Shown here piece after piece: positions 16,392 to 29,134 of a stretch of DNA of 64,000 nt (positions are counted from its first letter, which is position 1; the number at the start of each line of letters is the position of its first letter). The DNA lies in the NCBI GenBank assembly GCA_038496445.1, contig JALMLS010000064.1:372001-436000 (forward strand). Reading direction: 5' to 3'. This DNA comes from Trichosphaerium sp. ATCC 40318. Lineage: Eukaryota; Protista; Tubulinea. Made by a program: the position numbers and the translations under genes. A model generated the notes under the pieces. That model had not been told where the DNA came from. It did not search any database and was given only the letters and a program-made list of their open reading frames with translations.

Positions 16392-16777
16392 AAACAATAA
16401 AAATAGATAGTTAAAAAACAAGCTGTGCAGTTTCCCTACAAACTTCTCTTTTACATGTATTCGATGAGCCATGTACCTTGTTTTTTCAGCTTAACCTAAT
16501 TAATCATCTTCCGTTTACCAGTGAGTCGAGATGTTCTTCCTGCATGAATAGTGTATTGCGAACTGTTGAAGCAAAGAACAATAAAAAATCTGTTGGTTTT
16601 TTGGTAAATGCTACCTATTTTCGCTCAAGAGTTATGAAGTCGATACCCTTTCTGGAGTTCGCAAAGATCGCTGTAGGACAAGTTTGACTATTCAAGAACT
16701 CAAGCGTGCATTGCTTGGTAACAGTACTGGAATACACGCTCGCTATGATAAATGAAAATGAGGTAAAGGAATATGCT

Positions 16778-18599
16778 TTATTTCTTGTTCATCTTTTGCT
16801 CTTTGGGTGTGTCGAATATGCACTGATCCAAGGTAGCTAAGTATCCTTCATAAGACACTTTCAAATCTTCCTCTTTTACAGGAATTTTAAAGTAGTGCTT
16901 GAACGCTTGAGCAAAGAATGCTGGTGGAATACATTTGAAATCATAGGTGAATTTTGTCAAATCGGTAACATCCGTGAACAACTCTTTTACAAAGAATGGT
17001 TGATCTCCAATTACTGATAATTTAAATGCTGATATACTCAAAGGTATTTTTTCTTTTTCAGGCATAACATCAAGTCCTTTCTTAATCCTTAAAAAAACAT
17101 ATAAATAAGAAAGCAAGAAGAAAGATATTTGCTTGAAAAAAAAAACTGAAAAAAAAATATATCACGTGCTTTTCAGTGTCTTCTACGATTGTCTCGGTAG
17201 TTGTTTCGATAATAATCTCATCGTTATTTATACACACTACATTGTCGAAGTCACAAAGCTTAAAAATTTTATTAGCAATCACGTGACGTTGACATGTTTT
17301 CTTTTCAAAAAAATAAAAGTACGCACTTTATTATCGAGAAGGTACTCATACACTTTAGATGTCAAATGCTTCACAATGATATTACCTTTTGTTGTTTTAG
17401 ATTAATTAACCAAAAATACAATTTAAGTATAGTAGAACGTACAGCGCTTGTTATTGAGACTTCCAATGATTATTTGACGAAGGTACTTACTTTTTCTCAA
17501 GTACATAAATTCAGTAAACTTTGACATTAATTCTTCCCAACTAGTACATCCAAACACAAGGTTTGGAGAATAGTATCTCAATGCAGTAAAATTTGCGCTT
17601 TTGATGTCTACTGAAATGTAGTACTTGTCTAGACAACAAAGTTAAGAAAACATAGTTTGACATTGTAAAAAAAAGCTGTAGTTCGTACCGGCATTGCCTA
17701 TTTTGTAGACTGTTTTTCCTCTTGGACGATTATGTTTAGGTTCAAGTTTATACTCTTTAAATTCATTCTTTCTTTCAGTAAAGAGTGCCCACTCTGGTTG
17801 TTTTTTTATAGCATCGCTAATCTTGTACTTAACCTTTCGAAAAAAACAGTTAGAAGTAATAACACAAAACTAAACCATAAGCTACACTGTGCTTTAAAAA
17901 TGCACGTGTATCATTAAAGTAAATTCAACAGCTATCTAACAACGTACTGAATCTTGGGTTTTATGAAACTTTGACGATCCACCAGCTTTCTAAGAGATTC
18001 ATTAGTTAAAAAAACACGTGATAAGATGGAGGTTGTGCGTACTTTGAGGAACTCCAAAAGCCATTCATACTTTTGTTTCGTATTCAAAACATTGTCGTAC
18101 AAGTTAATGTAGTATGAGAAGAAAGGTTCTTGGATAACAGCTATGGGAATCGAGAAATCCTAAAATACACTTAACAACGAACACAAACTGTTATAACGCA
18201 CTCTTGTAAATCGTTTTAATACGCCTGTAGATAGCTGTACGCCAATATCTTCCTTTATAACGTGAGTAAAAGTAAACTTGTATTGGGCGTACCTTTACGA
18301 CTACAATACGACGTAATTGGTATTCCCCTACGCTTTTGGAGAATAAACCAAGCGTTTCAGCTGTTAACAGTTAAGTTAAACTGAATTTGTTGTAAAAACG
18401 TTTCTATTTTGTACCAATTTCATGTATGACTCTCCTGTCTTCACCGCTAAACTCAGGGCTAAATTTGTACTCAGTTTGATCTGGGTCTTCTTTAAACTTC
18501 TTTAATATAGCGATAAACGCTTCCTTATCCTGTGTTGGACCTAAAACAAGTTAGAATTATAACTAAAAATAGGGTAGACGGACGTAGTGCTGTTGTCAT
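16778..18599 (-). CDS. R3H domain fused to an uncharacterised domain with polymerase-palm-like motifs (multi-exon)
   Basis: Spliced product includes FSGEDRRVIHEIAETLGLFSKSVGEYQLRRIVVVK (R3H, RxxxH), YISVDIKSANFTALR, TSWEELMSKFT, KSKYLRQIIIGSL and VVCINNDEIIIE; all junctions are GT-AG and in phase. Confidence 0.8.
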
Positions 18600-18886
18600 G
18601 TTTAAACACAAAACTATGATATAATGTTTATCGAAAAAAAAGAAAGCGTTAACCATTCTTGTAAAATTCTCGACATCAACCGGGGTTACATACAGTGACA
18701 TGCTTTACGTTTACCTTGTTTTCGTTGTGTACACAGTTTTCCATTTTACAGTAAAATAGTTTCATCGAATCGTACATTTTTAACAGTAGTTTGTGCTTTT
18801 ATTATTGTGGAGTTGTGTTTTGTTATTATGTGAGTTATATTACAGGAAGCAGGATGCAATACTACGAGCTAATGTTGTGTGGATAT

Positions 18887-20055
18887 TCAGAATTTCTTTA
18901 GAGGCTCACTATTCTCGTAGAGACCTTCAAAAATTACTTTGTTTTGTTCTTTATTGTATATTCTTGCCAGACCATGTCTCTTGCCGTGGTGCCTATGACA
19001 ATCTTAATAGATGTTTATCAACTAGTATATCTTACCATTCACCAACATGCTTTATTTCGTGGTTTTCCCAATAGCCAATCCCATGAGGTTCTCCAGATTG
19101 CCATTGACCAACATACGAAACGTTTTCAGGAAAATCATAAATACCCCAACCATCCTAAGTATGTTGACTCTCGTATTTTGGTTTAAATCAATCACGTGTA
19201 CCTGCTCATCGGCTACCCATTCACCCCAGTAACTATGGTCATCTCCAGAAGAATAATGACCCAAACCACTAACACACGTTAGCGAAAAAAAATTATGAAA
19301 AAAAAGTGTACTGTTGTCTGTCATAACGCCACTCTCCTTCATATGTTTCCGTGACTATTTCGCCATTAACCTTGTATAATAATCAATACATACCTTTAGT
19401 GAGAGATATACCAGCACTGAGAATGCCAAGGCCATGACGCTTTCAATAATATTAATTGGTATAAAAAAAAAAACTAAAGCTTACAACATCACGCTTCCAG
19501 TCCCCAACAAACCAGTCTCCATTCGCTTTTGTGATACCTCCAAAACCCTAGAAATCTTTTAAATGTCTTGCACGAAAATCTTCAGTATACCTCACGTTCG
19601 TTCGCCTCATTTTTCGCGCCAGTGTAGTAGTTATCGTCCATCTGTTATCAAATTACAGAAAATACCTTTAAAAAAAACACTGTACGGTAGTCTCCTTTGT
19701 TGTTATGTCATTGAACGTATCTTGTAGCATGTTAGATGATGTCAACACGTTGATTAGTCGTACCATACATGTCTTGTAATTTTGACTCCATTGCCTGTAT
19801 CTTTGGTATGAAGCTGTTACGTACTTTAATGAGTAAGCCAAGAGCGATTTCGTAACGTTTTAGTACCAACTAGCTCCGCTCTCTTTAAATTGCGTTCTAT
19901 CGCGTCAAGTTTCTCAGAGCCAGTCATACGTGCGCATGCTGCGCATTGTAAGTATTAGTGGCATTTAACCAAAAAAATAAGGTGTACTAACCAATAAAAT
20001 GTACGCCAATACATACTACAAGGAGTGAGGATAACAGAGAACGAGTTGTGGCCAT
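18887..20055 (-). CDS. MORN-repeat protein with N-terminal signal/TM segment
   Basis: MATTRSLLSSLLVVCIGVHFI, then repeats FVGDWKRDVRHGLG, YEGEWRYD, YWGEWVADEQDGWG, YVGQWQSGEPHGIG, HVGEWHHGKRHGLA; ends EPLKKF*. Confidence 0.85.
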
Positions 20056-20145
20056 CTTGACTCCAGTTAAATAACAGCATTCCACGGTAGTCAAATGTAC
20101 ACTTTGTACAAGTACATTGTATTATAAGCAACTACTCCCACTGGG
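20056..20145. promoter_or_regulatory. Putative bidirectional promoter between the MORN and F-box genes
   Basis: Only about 90 bp separate the divergent ATGs; contains tattataa. Confidence 0.45.
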
Positions 20146-21245
20146 ATGGAGTATCTAACAGTTAAAACGAAGCGACCACGAAGACATACAATTGATGCGT
20201 TTCCAGACCGCAAAAGGGAACGTAGATCGTCTAGTCTGAAGCTACCGTAAGTCTACAAAGAGTTACAAAAGAATTCTTTCTAAAGGTGGTTATTACCACT
20301 GTATCCGGCGTCATCACGCTTGTGCGTTGTAACAAGGCTCATTCTTCTGTTTTTAGTGAGTCTCTACACAAGTGGCACTTTCGAAACTATCACTTTATTG
20401 ACCTACCTGGCGAACGTGGTGACGCGTCTGGATTACCCCCTGAGGTATCAACGGCTAGAAAACTGCTTATAAATAATTTTTATTTTAGCTCTGGAGTGCT
20501 ATATTCGAAGAGGTGGGCAAACCGGGACTGCTAGCTGTGACCGCTGTATGTGCCATTTTGTACTATTGCACTAAAATGGCACTAGGTGAGCAAGTACTGG
20601 CGAAAGCTCGCTGTCCCTGTTATAGAATCCATCTTAAAGTACGTACAAGCAATGTCACCATTTTATTCCAACGTTTTTTGCAAGACCGTTTCGTCTCTCA
20701 GTTGACCAACAACCACCATCTTTTGGTCTGATATTCAAGACATTCTCACCAACACCTATTGTGCGCGTAAGAGGTGCGGTTTAGAGCATTTTAAAACGTT
20801 TTAACTCTTTTTTTTGATATTTTTTTAAACGTAGTGCAAAATAAGGAAACAGCAGCTATTAAGATTAAAGCTGTCTTGGTTTCTACCATTGGTCGTGGTG
20901 AGCTCCTTGAGCATAAGTACGGTCTTTTGGGGTACATAGCCGAGCTTACATGGGTTGCAAACAACGAGTGCATTGCGGAATTCGATAAGCTCATGCTCAG
21001 CCCGTACCTCAAGCCAAATGGAGGCGTCATGGCCAACACCTTCTTTCTTAAATTCACCATAGTTGAAGTACGCATTCATCTACTTCATCACTTATATATG
21101 TCCTTCCTCTCACCTCTTTGCGCTTTAGGCGTTAACACATGAGACTATCGAGAATGCCTCTGTTGTTTCTAATCCTATCCAAGTCATTTGGAAGAATGAT
21201 GCGGCTCCTGTAGCTGAAATGGAGCAACTGAACATTTCAGCTTAG
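20146..21245 (+). CDS. F-box protein
   Basis: Spliced SGLPPELWSAIFEEVGKPGLLAVTAVSKYWRKLA matches the F-box consensus (LP.E....IF.......L.....V.K.W..L); ends EQLNISA*. Confidence 0.75.
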
Positions 21246-21507
21246 ATTTAGTTTTTTTTTCTCACGTTCCAGAGGAAAAAATCTTCTCGAAGAGTTTGTT
21301 TGTATTTGTAATATGAGTAGTGTAGCACGCAATGTAATTTTTTTCACGTCTTTGTTTGTAAGCTTGATTTTTATGATTCGGGTAAAAAAGAAACCGTTGA
21401 GGATTGCGATAAACATAACGGCCAAAAAAAAAATTGACTCATTTTGACTTTCAGTTCTTACCTTTTCCGTTTCTTTATTCTTGAATTGCTGTTTGGGTGT
21501 GGATGCG

Positions 21508-24500
21508 ATGCGAGGCTATGTATTACTGATTCTCCTAGCATTTTTCAGTTGTATTGCAGACTCAAAGGTACATTTCGTCATGTTTTCATGGTCTAATTGC
21601 CAAAGTTGCTCATAACATCTCCCACGCAATACGCAAGCGAGCGTGATGCACCGTTAATGGTTTTGGGAAGAAATAATAAATGCACAGCATGTAACGTCCC
21701 TCTTATCAATGTAACGGCTGTTGCATGGACAAACACTGTAAAAACAGGTACGGAAACTCATTTAAAGATATTCTAATAAACCACCAGGCTTTGTAATTTT
21801 TGCTCCATTCAATAAATTTCGTTCTGAATACAAATTATGGGCTAGTCAAGGCGCTATAGGCATTATTGAGGTACATTCAATTTCAGTACAAATTTTTTTG
21901 ACACTCAACTTCTAATTCAGACATACGATGACACTCGGTACCCTCTATCATTTCTTTCATTCTTGTACTTTGCAGGTACGCTAAAACAACCTCTCCCGTC
22001 TTTTTTCAAACAAAAACAAAAAGTGATGCAGAACTTTTTTCTAAAACCAAAAGGCGACTCTGAAATAGACGTACCAATGGCGAGTGCAAGAGTAGATGAT
22101 GGTGTAGACTTGTTGAATATACCTGTTCCAGTCATTATATCGTTGACACCAGGTATGGTTGATTTGTCGTTGAGGAATCTCAAGGATCCCATGACCAAGA
22201 CAAAGAGATGGCTTTTTTTTGCTGATGGTTTTTTTTTAGATGATAATGCGTGGTACAATGTCGCACGTGCTACTGGATTCACTGTGTACCAAGTAATCTA
22301 CGCTATTGTTAGTACTGGGTTTATAATTTATCTGTTGTATGCTGTTGTCAGGTACTCGTTTATTGCTTGTTAAACCTCTAGGTGTATTTTTGAGTACTTA
22401 CATCTTATTCTAGGCTTTTTGTAAAGTTGGCTGGGCAACGTCGTTATTTTTCTATTAGACATGTCGGTGTAGTATTAATACTTGCTGGTGGTATCCTTCG
22501 CATGGTATTCTATGCAATTGGTACTGAGTAGTTGGTTTAAAAAAAAAAGACATTTTCAACTAAAATTGCTCGCAGATCCCCTTGGGTTACGTAATTTCTA
22601 TATTGCTCAAGTAACTGAAGTGTTATACACCGTATCTTTTCCGTTCAGGTAACTTACAGTTCTCCTTTTTTATACTATATCTTTGTTGTTTTATCTAAGC
22701 CGTTCTCCTTAGTATAGCAGCGTCTCAGATCCTCGTACTGCACTGGTAATCATTCTCTTCCTATTTTTTCGTTCCATGCCAGTGATGATAGCTGTATTCC
22801 ACCCTGTCATGTGATATACGTGGTCACAGTTATCTGAACTTGAAAAGAAAAAGCCAATAAGCGAAAAACTTTACAAACGCCTGATATTTTTTTTTGACTG
22901 TGTGTTTAGGCAGTACCTTCTTCGAAGTGCGAGTATTTATTTGAACTCGTTGATTATCAGGTTGAGGATTGTCGTTTACATAATAGTGGGTGTTATATTT
23001 GCAGTAGAGATTATAACGGTGTCCGTACGCGTTGCTACATTTGATAAGGGTAAGTTTAGGAAGTTCACTATTCAAGACCTTTATTCATTGAATCCAAACT
23101 GACTTTTGTTCCCTCGTTTTGTAGACCTTTCCTTTGCACCATATTTCGTGAGCGGTATAGTATATGCGTTTGCTTTATGTTCACTTATCATATACTGCTG
23201 TTATACTGCTTGGTTTGTATTAACTGGGCCTAAATTTCATCACAAAAGCGCTAACGCAGTTTTACGAAAGGTACCTGCTCTTTTCTTACATTATTCCGGG
23301 TTCTCAACACTTTTGTCGATAGGTTGGCATCTATATGCTTGTAATTGCTTTTCTATCTTCTCTTATATTAGTATGTGCTGTGGCCTTTTTACTTGGTATG
23401 TGTGTTATGAGGGTAGTTGGTACTAAGTGCTTTTTTTCGAACTAGATGTTTCAAAAACGCCCCAAGGTGCACTACCATTTTGGTCTGTTCTCTACTTTAT
23501 TTTCGATGTTTTTGGCGTGTTCGTTGTACTATCGTACGTATATACAGTCTATTTAAGTAAGGTGGTTAATGTATTCATTAGATTTACGTTACAACTGCGT
23601 GATGTTATGTCTCAGAACAAGAGCAATGGAGCTTCGAATAATAAAGAAAAAAATATTAATTTATTTGGACCACGTGTTGCTTCACATAGAATTGACAGTG
23701 TCGCTCTATCAGGTAAATTTCAGTTTCTAAAACCTCAATCTATATGTTGAACAAATAATTAGATATGGGGTCACCCCGAAGACCATCCTTTGAAGTAGCA
23801 GGTTTGCCAGCAATAATTCTTTGAAAAAATAACATTTTACTTCTTGAAGGTCCAAAGACTGCCTATGTTGGTCGTTCTGTAATGTTGGAGATTGGTATTA
23901 CTGAGAATCCATCAGAATCACCTAGAGGTGATATAATGAATGACATTCATGTCAGCTTAAAAGGAAGACATGGAAACGTGCCAATCCGTTATACATATGA
24001 TCCAAGTTCGCATAGCATTTCAGTACTTTTTACACCACCAACTGAAGGAGAATTCATTTTGTCAGTTTTGTATACTCCTGCAAGAATTCATAGTAGTCAT
24101 GCTATAACAGTAAGGCTTTTTCTATTAAATATAGGAGACTGAGATCTTTGTAGGTTGTGGATGTTCCAGCACAGACACAGCTTTCTCATACTTTAGATGT
24201 TACAGCAACTAATGATAGAAGTGCTTGGCCTTCCTCTACTGTACGCTGCATCTTTATCTAATTACTGTCTTATATTGATACTTTCATCAGCATACGTCTC
24301 TAGTCAAGTATGGATCTATAGACCCAAATCGTGCTTCTAAAATTACATCAGAATCTAGAGGCACGTTTATCATTTCCTTAGTTTTTTTTGTCAGATTCGT
24401 CGTTCTTTTATGCATATATATATAAACTACACGTTTGTCTTTTATATATTGCAGAGTATTACCTACGGGGTCTTACATTGTTTGCATTATTTGTAATACC

Positions 24501-25249
24501 TCTTGTAGATCTTTATGCTTCGGTACTTTGGAATAAGTATAGCGAAGGTCCTGTCTCGCTTGGTATCCAGTTAATGGGTATCAATGGTCCTTATAGTATT
24601 CCTTCTATATCTTCGGTTGATGTAAATATAGTACCATCGCCTTTAACAACGCCGAGTGTTGCTACTAAGAAGTCTAATCAATCGTATGCGTTCACGTTTT
24701 TGAAAAACTGTTTTACCAACTTTTCTCTTCTTTGGTATCTAATACACTTGTAGTATTTTGTGTGTGGATTATATTCCACCTAAACACTTACAAACGTGTC
24801 AAGTTACTATTCAGTACAATGAACAGATCCTCTTAGTTGTTCAAGAAATTCGTACGCTTAATCATTTCATTAGAACTTAAGTGTCAGTTACAAATGTTGA
24901 CATCGTTCAATAGCACGGCATGCCAATAGCACGTCGTTACCCCCAGTACCTATGGGAACTCCACGGTTACCAGAAAGGAAGAAAAAGCGTAGTTTACCAC
25001 CGTTACCTGAAGCAGACCTTTCAAGACAACTGCCCGTTCCACAAGCTTTTAAACCTCGACCACCAATATTCCCACCAACTCACGCTTCACAACCAAACCT
25101 AGCAACTAATGTACAATTAACACACAACAAAGAGAGCGCAGGAGATCTGACTGATTTTGTATCAAAGTTTAAACAAGCATGTGAACCAGGTATGAAGCCC
25201 AAAACATCAGATTATTGAGACTAATTTTTTCTTAGAATCTGATTTTTAA
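21508..25249 (+). CDS. Signal peptide + PA-like ectodomain + 7TM + cytoplasmic filamin/Ig-like repeat + Pro-rich tail
   Basis: MRGYVLLILLAFFSC; WASQGAIGIIE and LNIPVPV; 7TM with LRMVFYAIDPLG and SFPFSIAASQILVLHW; then GPKTAYVG and SISVLFTPPTEGEFILSVLY; PPLP and PRPP tail. Confidence 0.72.
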
Positions 25250-25342
25250 GATTGAACTTCAAGAGTTGAGTTTCTTGAATGTTTCTACTTGTATTATTTA
25301 TTCTCTATCCTAAAAAACCTTATAATTTTCACTAACTACTTA

Positions 25343-25844
25343 ATGAGTATGATTCCTAATCCGAGTTTCATGTATACTTGCAATAACAAAATACAAGTAA
25401 ACAACGACTGCCAAACAATAAAAAAAACTTGTAAATTAAAAAAGGATAATTTGTAGAAACTATGCTCTCTTGCTTGTTGACAATATGAATACACGTAGGA
25501 CCCAATAAAACTCATTATTGGTGAAACAATCACCCACCGATTCAAAAACATGAGAATGCGTGACCCTGTATTTGCTACAATTGATTTTTACCTCACTCAT
25601 TTTTTTTGAATACATCCGTGAGGATGAACCTTTTGCACTAGAACAAGCATATGTTGAATTAATAGATTGCAATCGGGCAACAAGAACTCAATTAAATTTG
25701 TATAGTGAAGTTGACAAATGTGAACTATTGGAGTTCATATATTCAGTTCCCGATTTGGCAAACAATTCCCGTTTTAACAATGCAAAACGGAAGGTCTATT
25801 ACTCTTTTAAGACTATACCCAGAGTGTTAATACAGACGACATAG
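25343..25844 (+). pseudogene. Small orphan gene with an apparent +1 frameshift in a T-run (or an assembly indel)
   Basis: MSMIPNPSF...|DPIKLIIGETITHRFKNMRMRDPVFATIDFYLTHFF stops at the T-run 25600-25607; removing one T joins it to EYIREDEPFALEQAY... Confidence 0.3.
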
Positions 25845-25983
25845 ACCTGTAAAAGTAGGGAGAAAGTTCTAAAAGTTATTTCCCGCGATTTTATGCCGAA
25901 TAACGGCAACGACTTCTTTTGACATTCTATTTTTGCTTAGCTTGTAAATACAAGAACTACGTTCGAATTGCATCACACAAAAA

Positions 25984-27038
25984 ATGCACTCTATTCTCCT
26001 ACTTATTAGTCTCATTTGTGCAGTTTCTGCGCAAACATACCCGTTTCCTCCAACAATCAAAGCGATCGCTTTTGAATTCAGTAGCACCTCTGCAAGTGAT
26101 TCAGACCCAAACATTACAACGGCTACAGGGCAAATATTCTTCATGCGCACCGAAGACACCGAAATGTTTAAGGTTCGTACTTGGCAATTTCAGTGGAACA
26201 ATATTGTAGAGGTTGGCTGTTTAATGGCTAACGGCGGTTAAACCGTTTCAACCTGCTTAACGGCGGATAACGTCAAAAAATATAAAGGTTGACAAATAAG
26301 TGTCAAATGATATAACTTTGCAATTTCAAAATAACATTACACGTGTCCGTTTTCCTTAGGCGATATTTTTTTATAATATCACCTCTACAGCATTTTGAAC
26401 GTAGTTTAACTAATATTTAAAAAACAGGCAGCCATAGAACTCAATGTCAATGGAAGAATCGCAACAGAAAAAACTATTTCTATTAAAAATGATACAACTG
26501 TGGTACGCTTTAGTTAAGGAATACAAGTTTAAGTATCTTAGATTGCAGCTATTGGAACACGTGCTGGATGCCAAGTACAAACTTTACCTGCAAAGAAGAT
26601 CGATTGCTATCCATGGGCAAAAGTACTTTTTTTTCTTCTTAAGGCTTTTCTCGACTTGCTCTTGTTTACCAATTATCAAGCGCTCCAACGGTAACTGGGA
26701 TCGCCAGTGCCAGTTTGCAAGTAGCAAAATTGTGACTATGGTTGAAGTAAAAGACGGTGAGATTGAGTCTTTTATCATCACTACAATAACAGATACAACA
26801 TTTCAAACAACAGAAACATCAATCACTAAAATGTTATCGCCTCCTACCGCTAGTGAATTCAAGGAAAGTTTTCTTTATAATCGTAAAAAACAAGTCTAAA
26901 AAACGACTAACTATAGAAAACTCATTGTAAAAGGCTGCGGCCATATACCTTTCTGTGAACTGGTAATTGATTAATATCCTTTAGATACCAAAGAACTGCA
27001 AGCCGATTTTACCTCCACAACAAACTAAAGGATATTAA
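25984..27038 (+). CDS. Secreted protein, possibly ependymin-related/LolA-like beta fold
   Basis: Signal peptide MHSILLLISLICAVSAQ; beta-strand-like pattern, spaced Cys, probable F.IP..C near the end; the last junction is ambiguous. Confidence 0.6.
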
Positions 27039-27381
27039 TTTCATCTGCAGTGCAACTGAATGATAGTAGGTTACCTCCTTTGTACAAGTGTTCTGTTCTC
27101 GAAATAAAATCAGGTGTTCATTTAAGAAAGAAATAAGAATGCATGCACCTCCCAATGTCAACATTGAAGCTATCGAGTAATCCTCGATTGGCCACCTCTA
27201 GAGCTGTCATACTTTAAGGACAGTCTGCTCAATTTAAGTTTTGCAAGTAAATTCTTGATTGGATGTGTTGCTAAAGGCTGACAACGATGATCTGCACTAA
27301 GTGAAGCCAGTTTTTTTCTCTTGAACATTTACAGTTTTACATAAACTAAAAGTACAAATACAATATTTTTATATAATCCAA

Positions 27382-28964
27382 CTAATTGTCATGTTTCTTC
27401 ATGAATGATAACAAAACTACGCCACCCAAGGCTATTAACGCTGAGCAGACCCAAAAAACAATCTGAAAACCTAACAAAACAAGTCAAAAAAAAACTGAAA
27501 CTGTGGTTAACTCTAGCTCACCTTTTAGTTCTCTATAGAAAATAATACCCCATAATCCAGCGACTATTAAGCTTGTTTGAACTGAAGGGTAACCAACAGA
27601 CTCACCAAGGTAAAGTACTGCATAAATACTAAAGAAATTTCCTGAAAGGCAATGTCAGATTTTTTTTAATGGAGTTAAAAATCATCAAATTCCACTCTTA
27701 CCCAAAGCCCATAAAATCCCAGCTATACTTCCTGGTATAACCTAAAGATACAGATAAATACTTATAGTCTACAATGAATCAAAGGGCTTCATACCATTAC
27801 ACGGAATTGAGGTTTTGGTAGTGGCAACCGTAGGGCCAAACGGATACAGCAGTAAACAAATAAAATCACTAGAGTAACAATAGCAGCACCAATTGAAAAC
27901 GATACAACGAATCTAGGATATCAACTGTTACCTATAACACTCTCTCTATTGAAAGAAGACTAAATCTCGTACGTTATGCCCTTTGCTTTATCACCTGCAA
28001 ACTTAAGAGGCGCCATCACAGAGCCTCCATAAATCCCATTGAAGACTTAAAAAAAAAGTTAAATTATATCACGTGTTGGATGGGGGAATCCATCTTTCTC
28101 TTTTTCAATAGAGAGAACGTACTTGCAGCTCCATAACCAAGTACGTTTTTATGAATCTTACAAATCTTGAGGTCTACTTTATTCCTGTCTTTAGGCAGCA
28201 AAGACGCACCTAGTTTGTATTATAAATCCTGTTCTTAACAAAAAGACGTACTCTCATGGATATCTTGTATTGAATTGATACTTCCTGTACCATTCTGAGC
28301 ATTTTTAAGTTTATACCGATTAGCAAGAATCAGACGGGAAGCTGCCATGCCTACTACGCCTAAAGCTAATAGAAGGGCAGCTAAGCAAGCCAACCATATG
28401 TTTTTAAAAGGCTACAATGTAATTTAATGCGAAATCAGAGGTTTAAACGGTTTTGCGCTCGAATTCGTTTTTTTGATTACCTCTTTGAATACAACTACAC
28501 CCCAGAAAAATGATACAAGGATTATCAATCCAGACCATACACCTCGTTTTAGCGTTAACGGACAAAGAAAAATTCAGTACATACCTTGTGCTACACCTAA
28601 CCCAATATGTGTCACTGATATAACCGCCGCTATACCAGCAGGTACCCAGAATACGCTATAACGGCGTTTTAGAATAGTAGTACGAAAAAGGTACTATTGT
28701 GTACCCTGATAGTATGCCCCATGGCGTAAAACTCCACTCATTGTACGTCAATACCAGAAAACAAGTGATAAAAACCCATAGTGACTTGTATGACTACAAA
28801 ATGATAAATAACCGCTGGTATTCGCGTAGTTACCGTACCTGAAATATGAAGGGGTCCACTCTAGCGGCTATAACTGATTTGGTTTTGATTGGCACTCCAA
28901 ATGTTCCAAAACAGAGTACAGACGCTACAACAGCCGCCCAACCAAAAATTATATCGTTTACCAT
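27382..28964 (-). CDS. TMEM144: TMEM144-like DMT-superfamily transporter
   Basis: MVNDIIFGWAAVVASVLCFGTFGVPIKT, DPFIFQ, GLGVAQG, GIYGGSVMAPL, PGSIAGILWALG, LGESVGYPSVQTSLIVAGLWGIIFYRE. Confidence 0.85.
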
Positions 28965-29134
28965 GCCAGGCGTTAACAAAAAACAATGTCAACTTACAAC
29001 TTGGCCTACTCTTTATAAATACGAGCTGTCGTGGCTGTATATGGGTTGTTTGTGCGATTTAGGTTAAGTACACGTTTTTCTATTTTAGACCTTTCTTGTT
29101 GCCTTATACATTACCAAATCAAACGAAGGAAGCC
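28965..29134. promoter_or_regulatory. Putative bidirectional promoter between TMEM144 and TauD
   Basis: 170 bp between divergent ATGs, with a TATAAA element near 29014. Confidence 0.4.

Noticed and set aside
16456-16756. Possible small plus-strand spliced ORF between convergent genes
   Set aside because: It needs an implausibly short first intron of about 17 nt and has no homology cue.
26229-26270. TAACGGCGG repeated twice inside an intron
   Set aside because: Two 9-mers with no TIR/TSD structure; insufficient for a mobile element.
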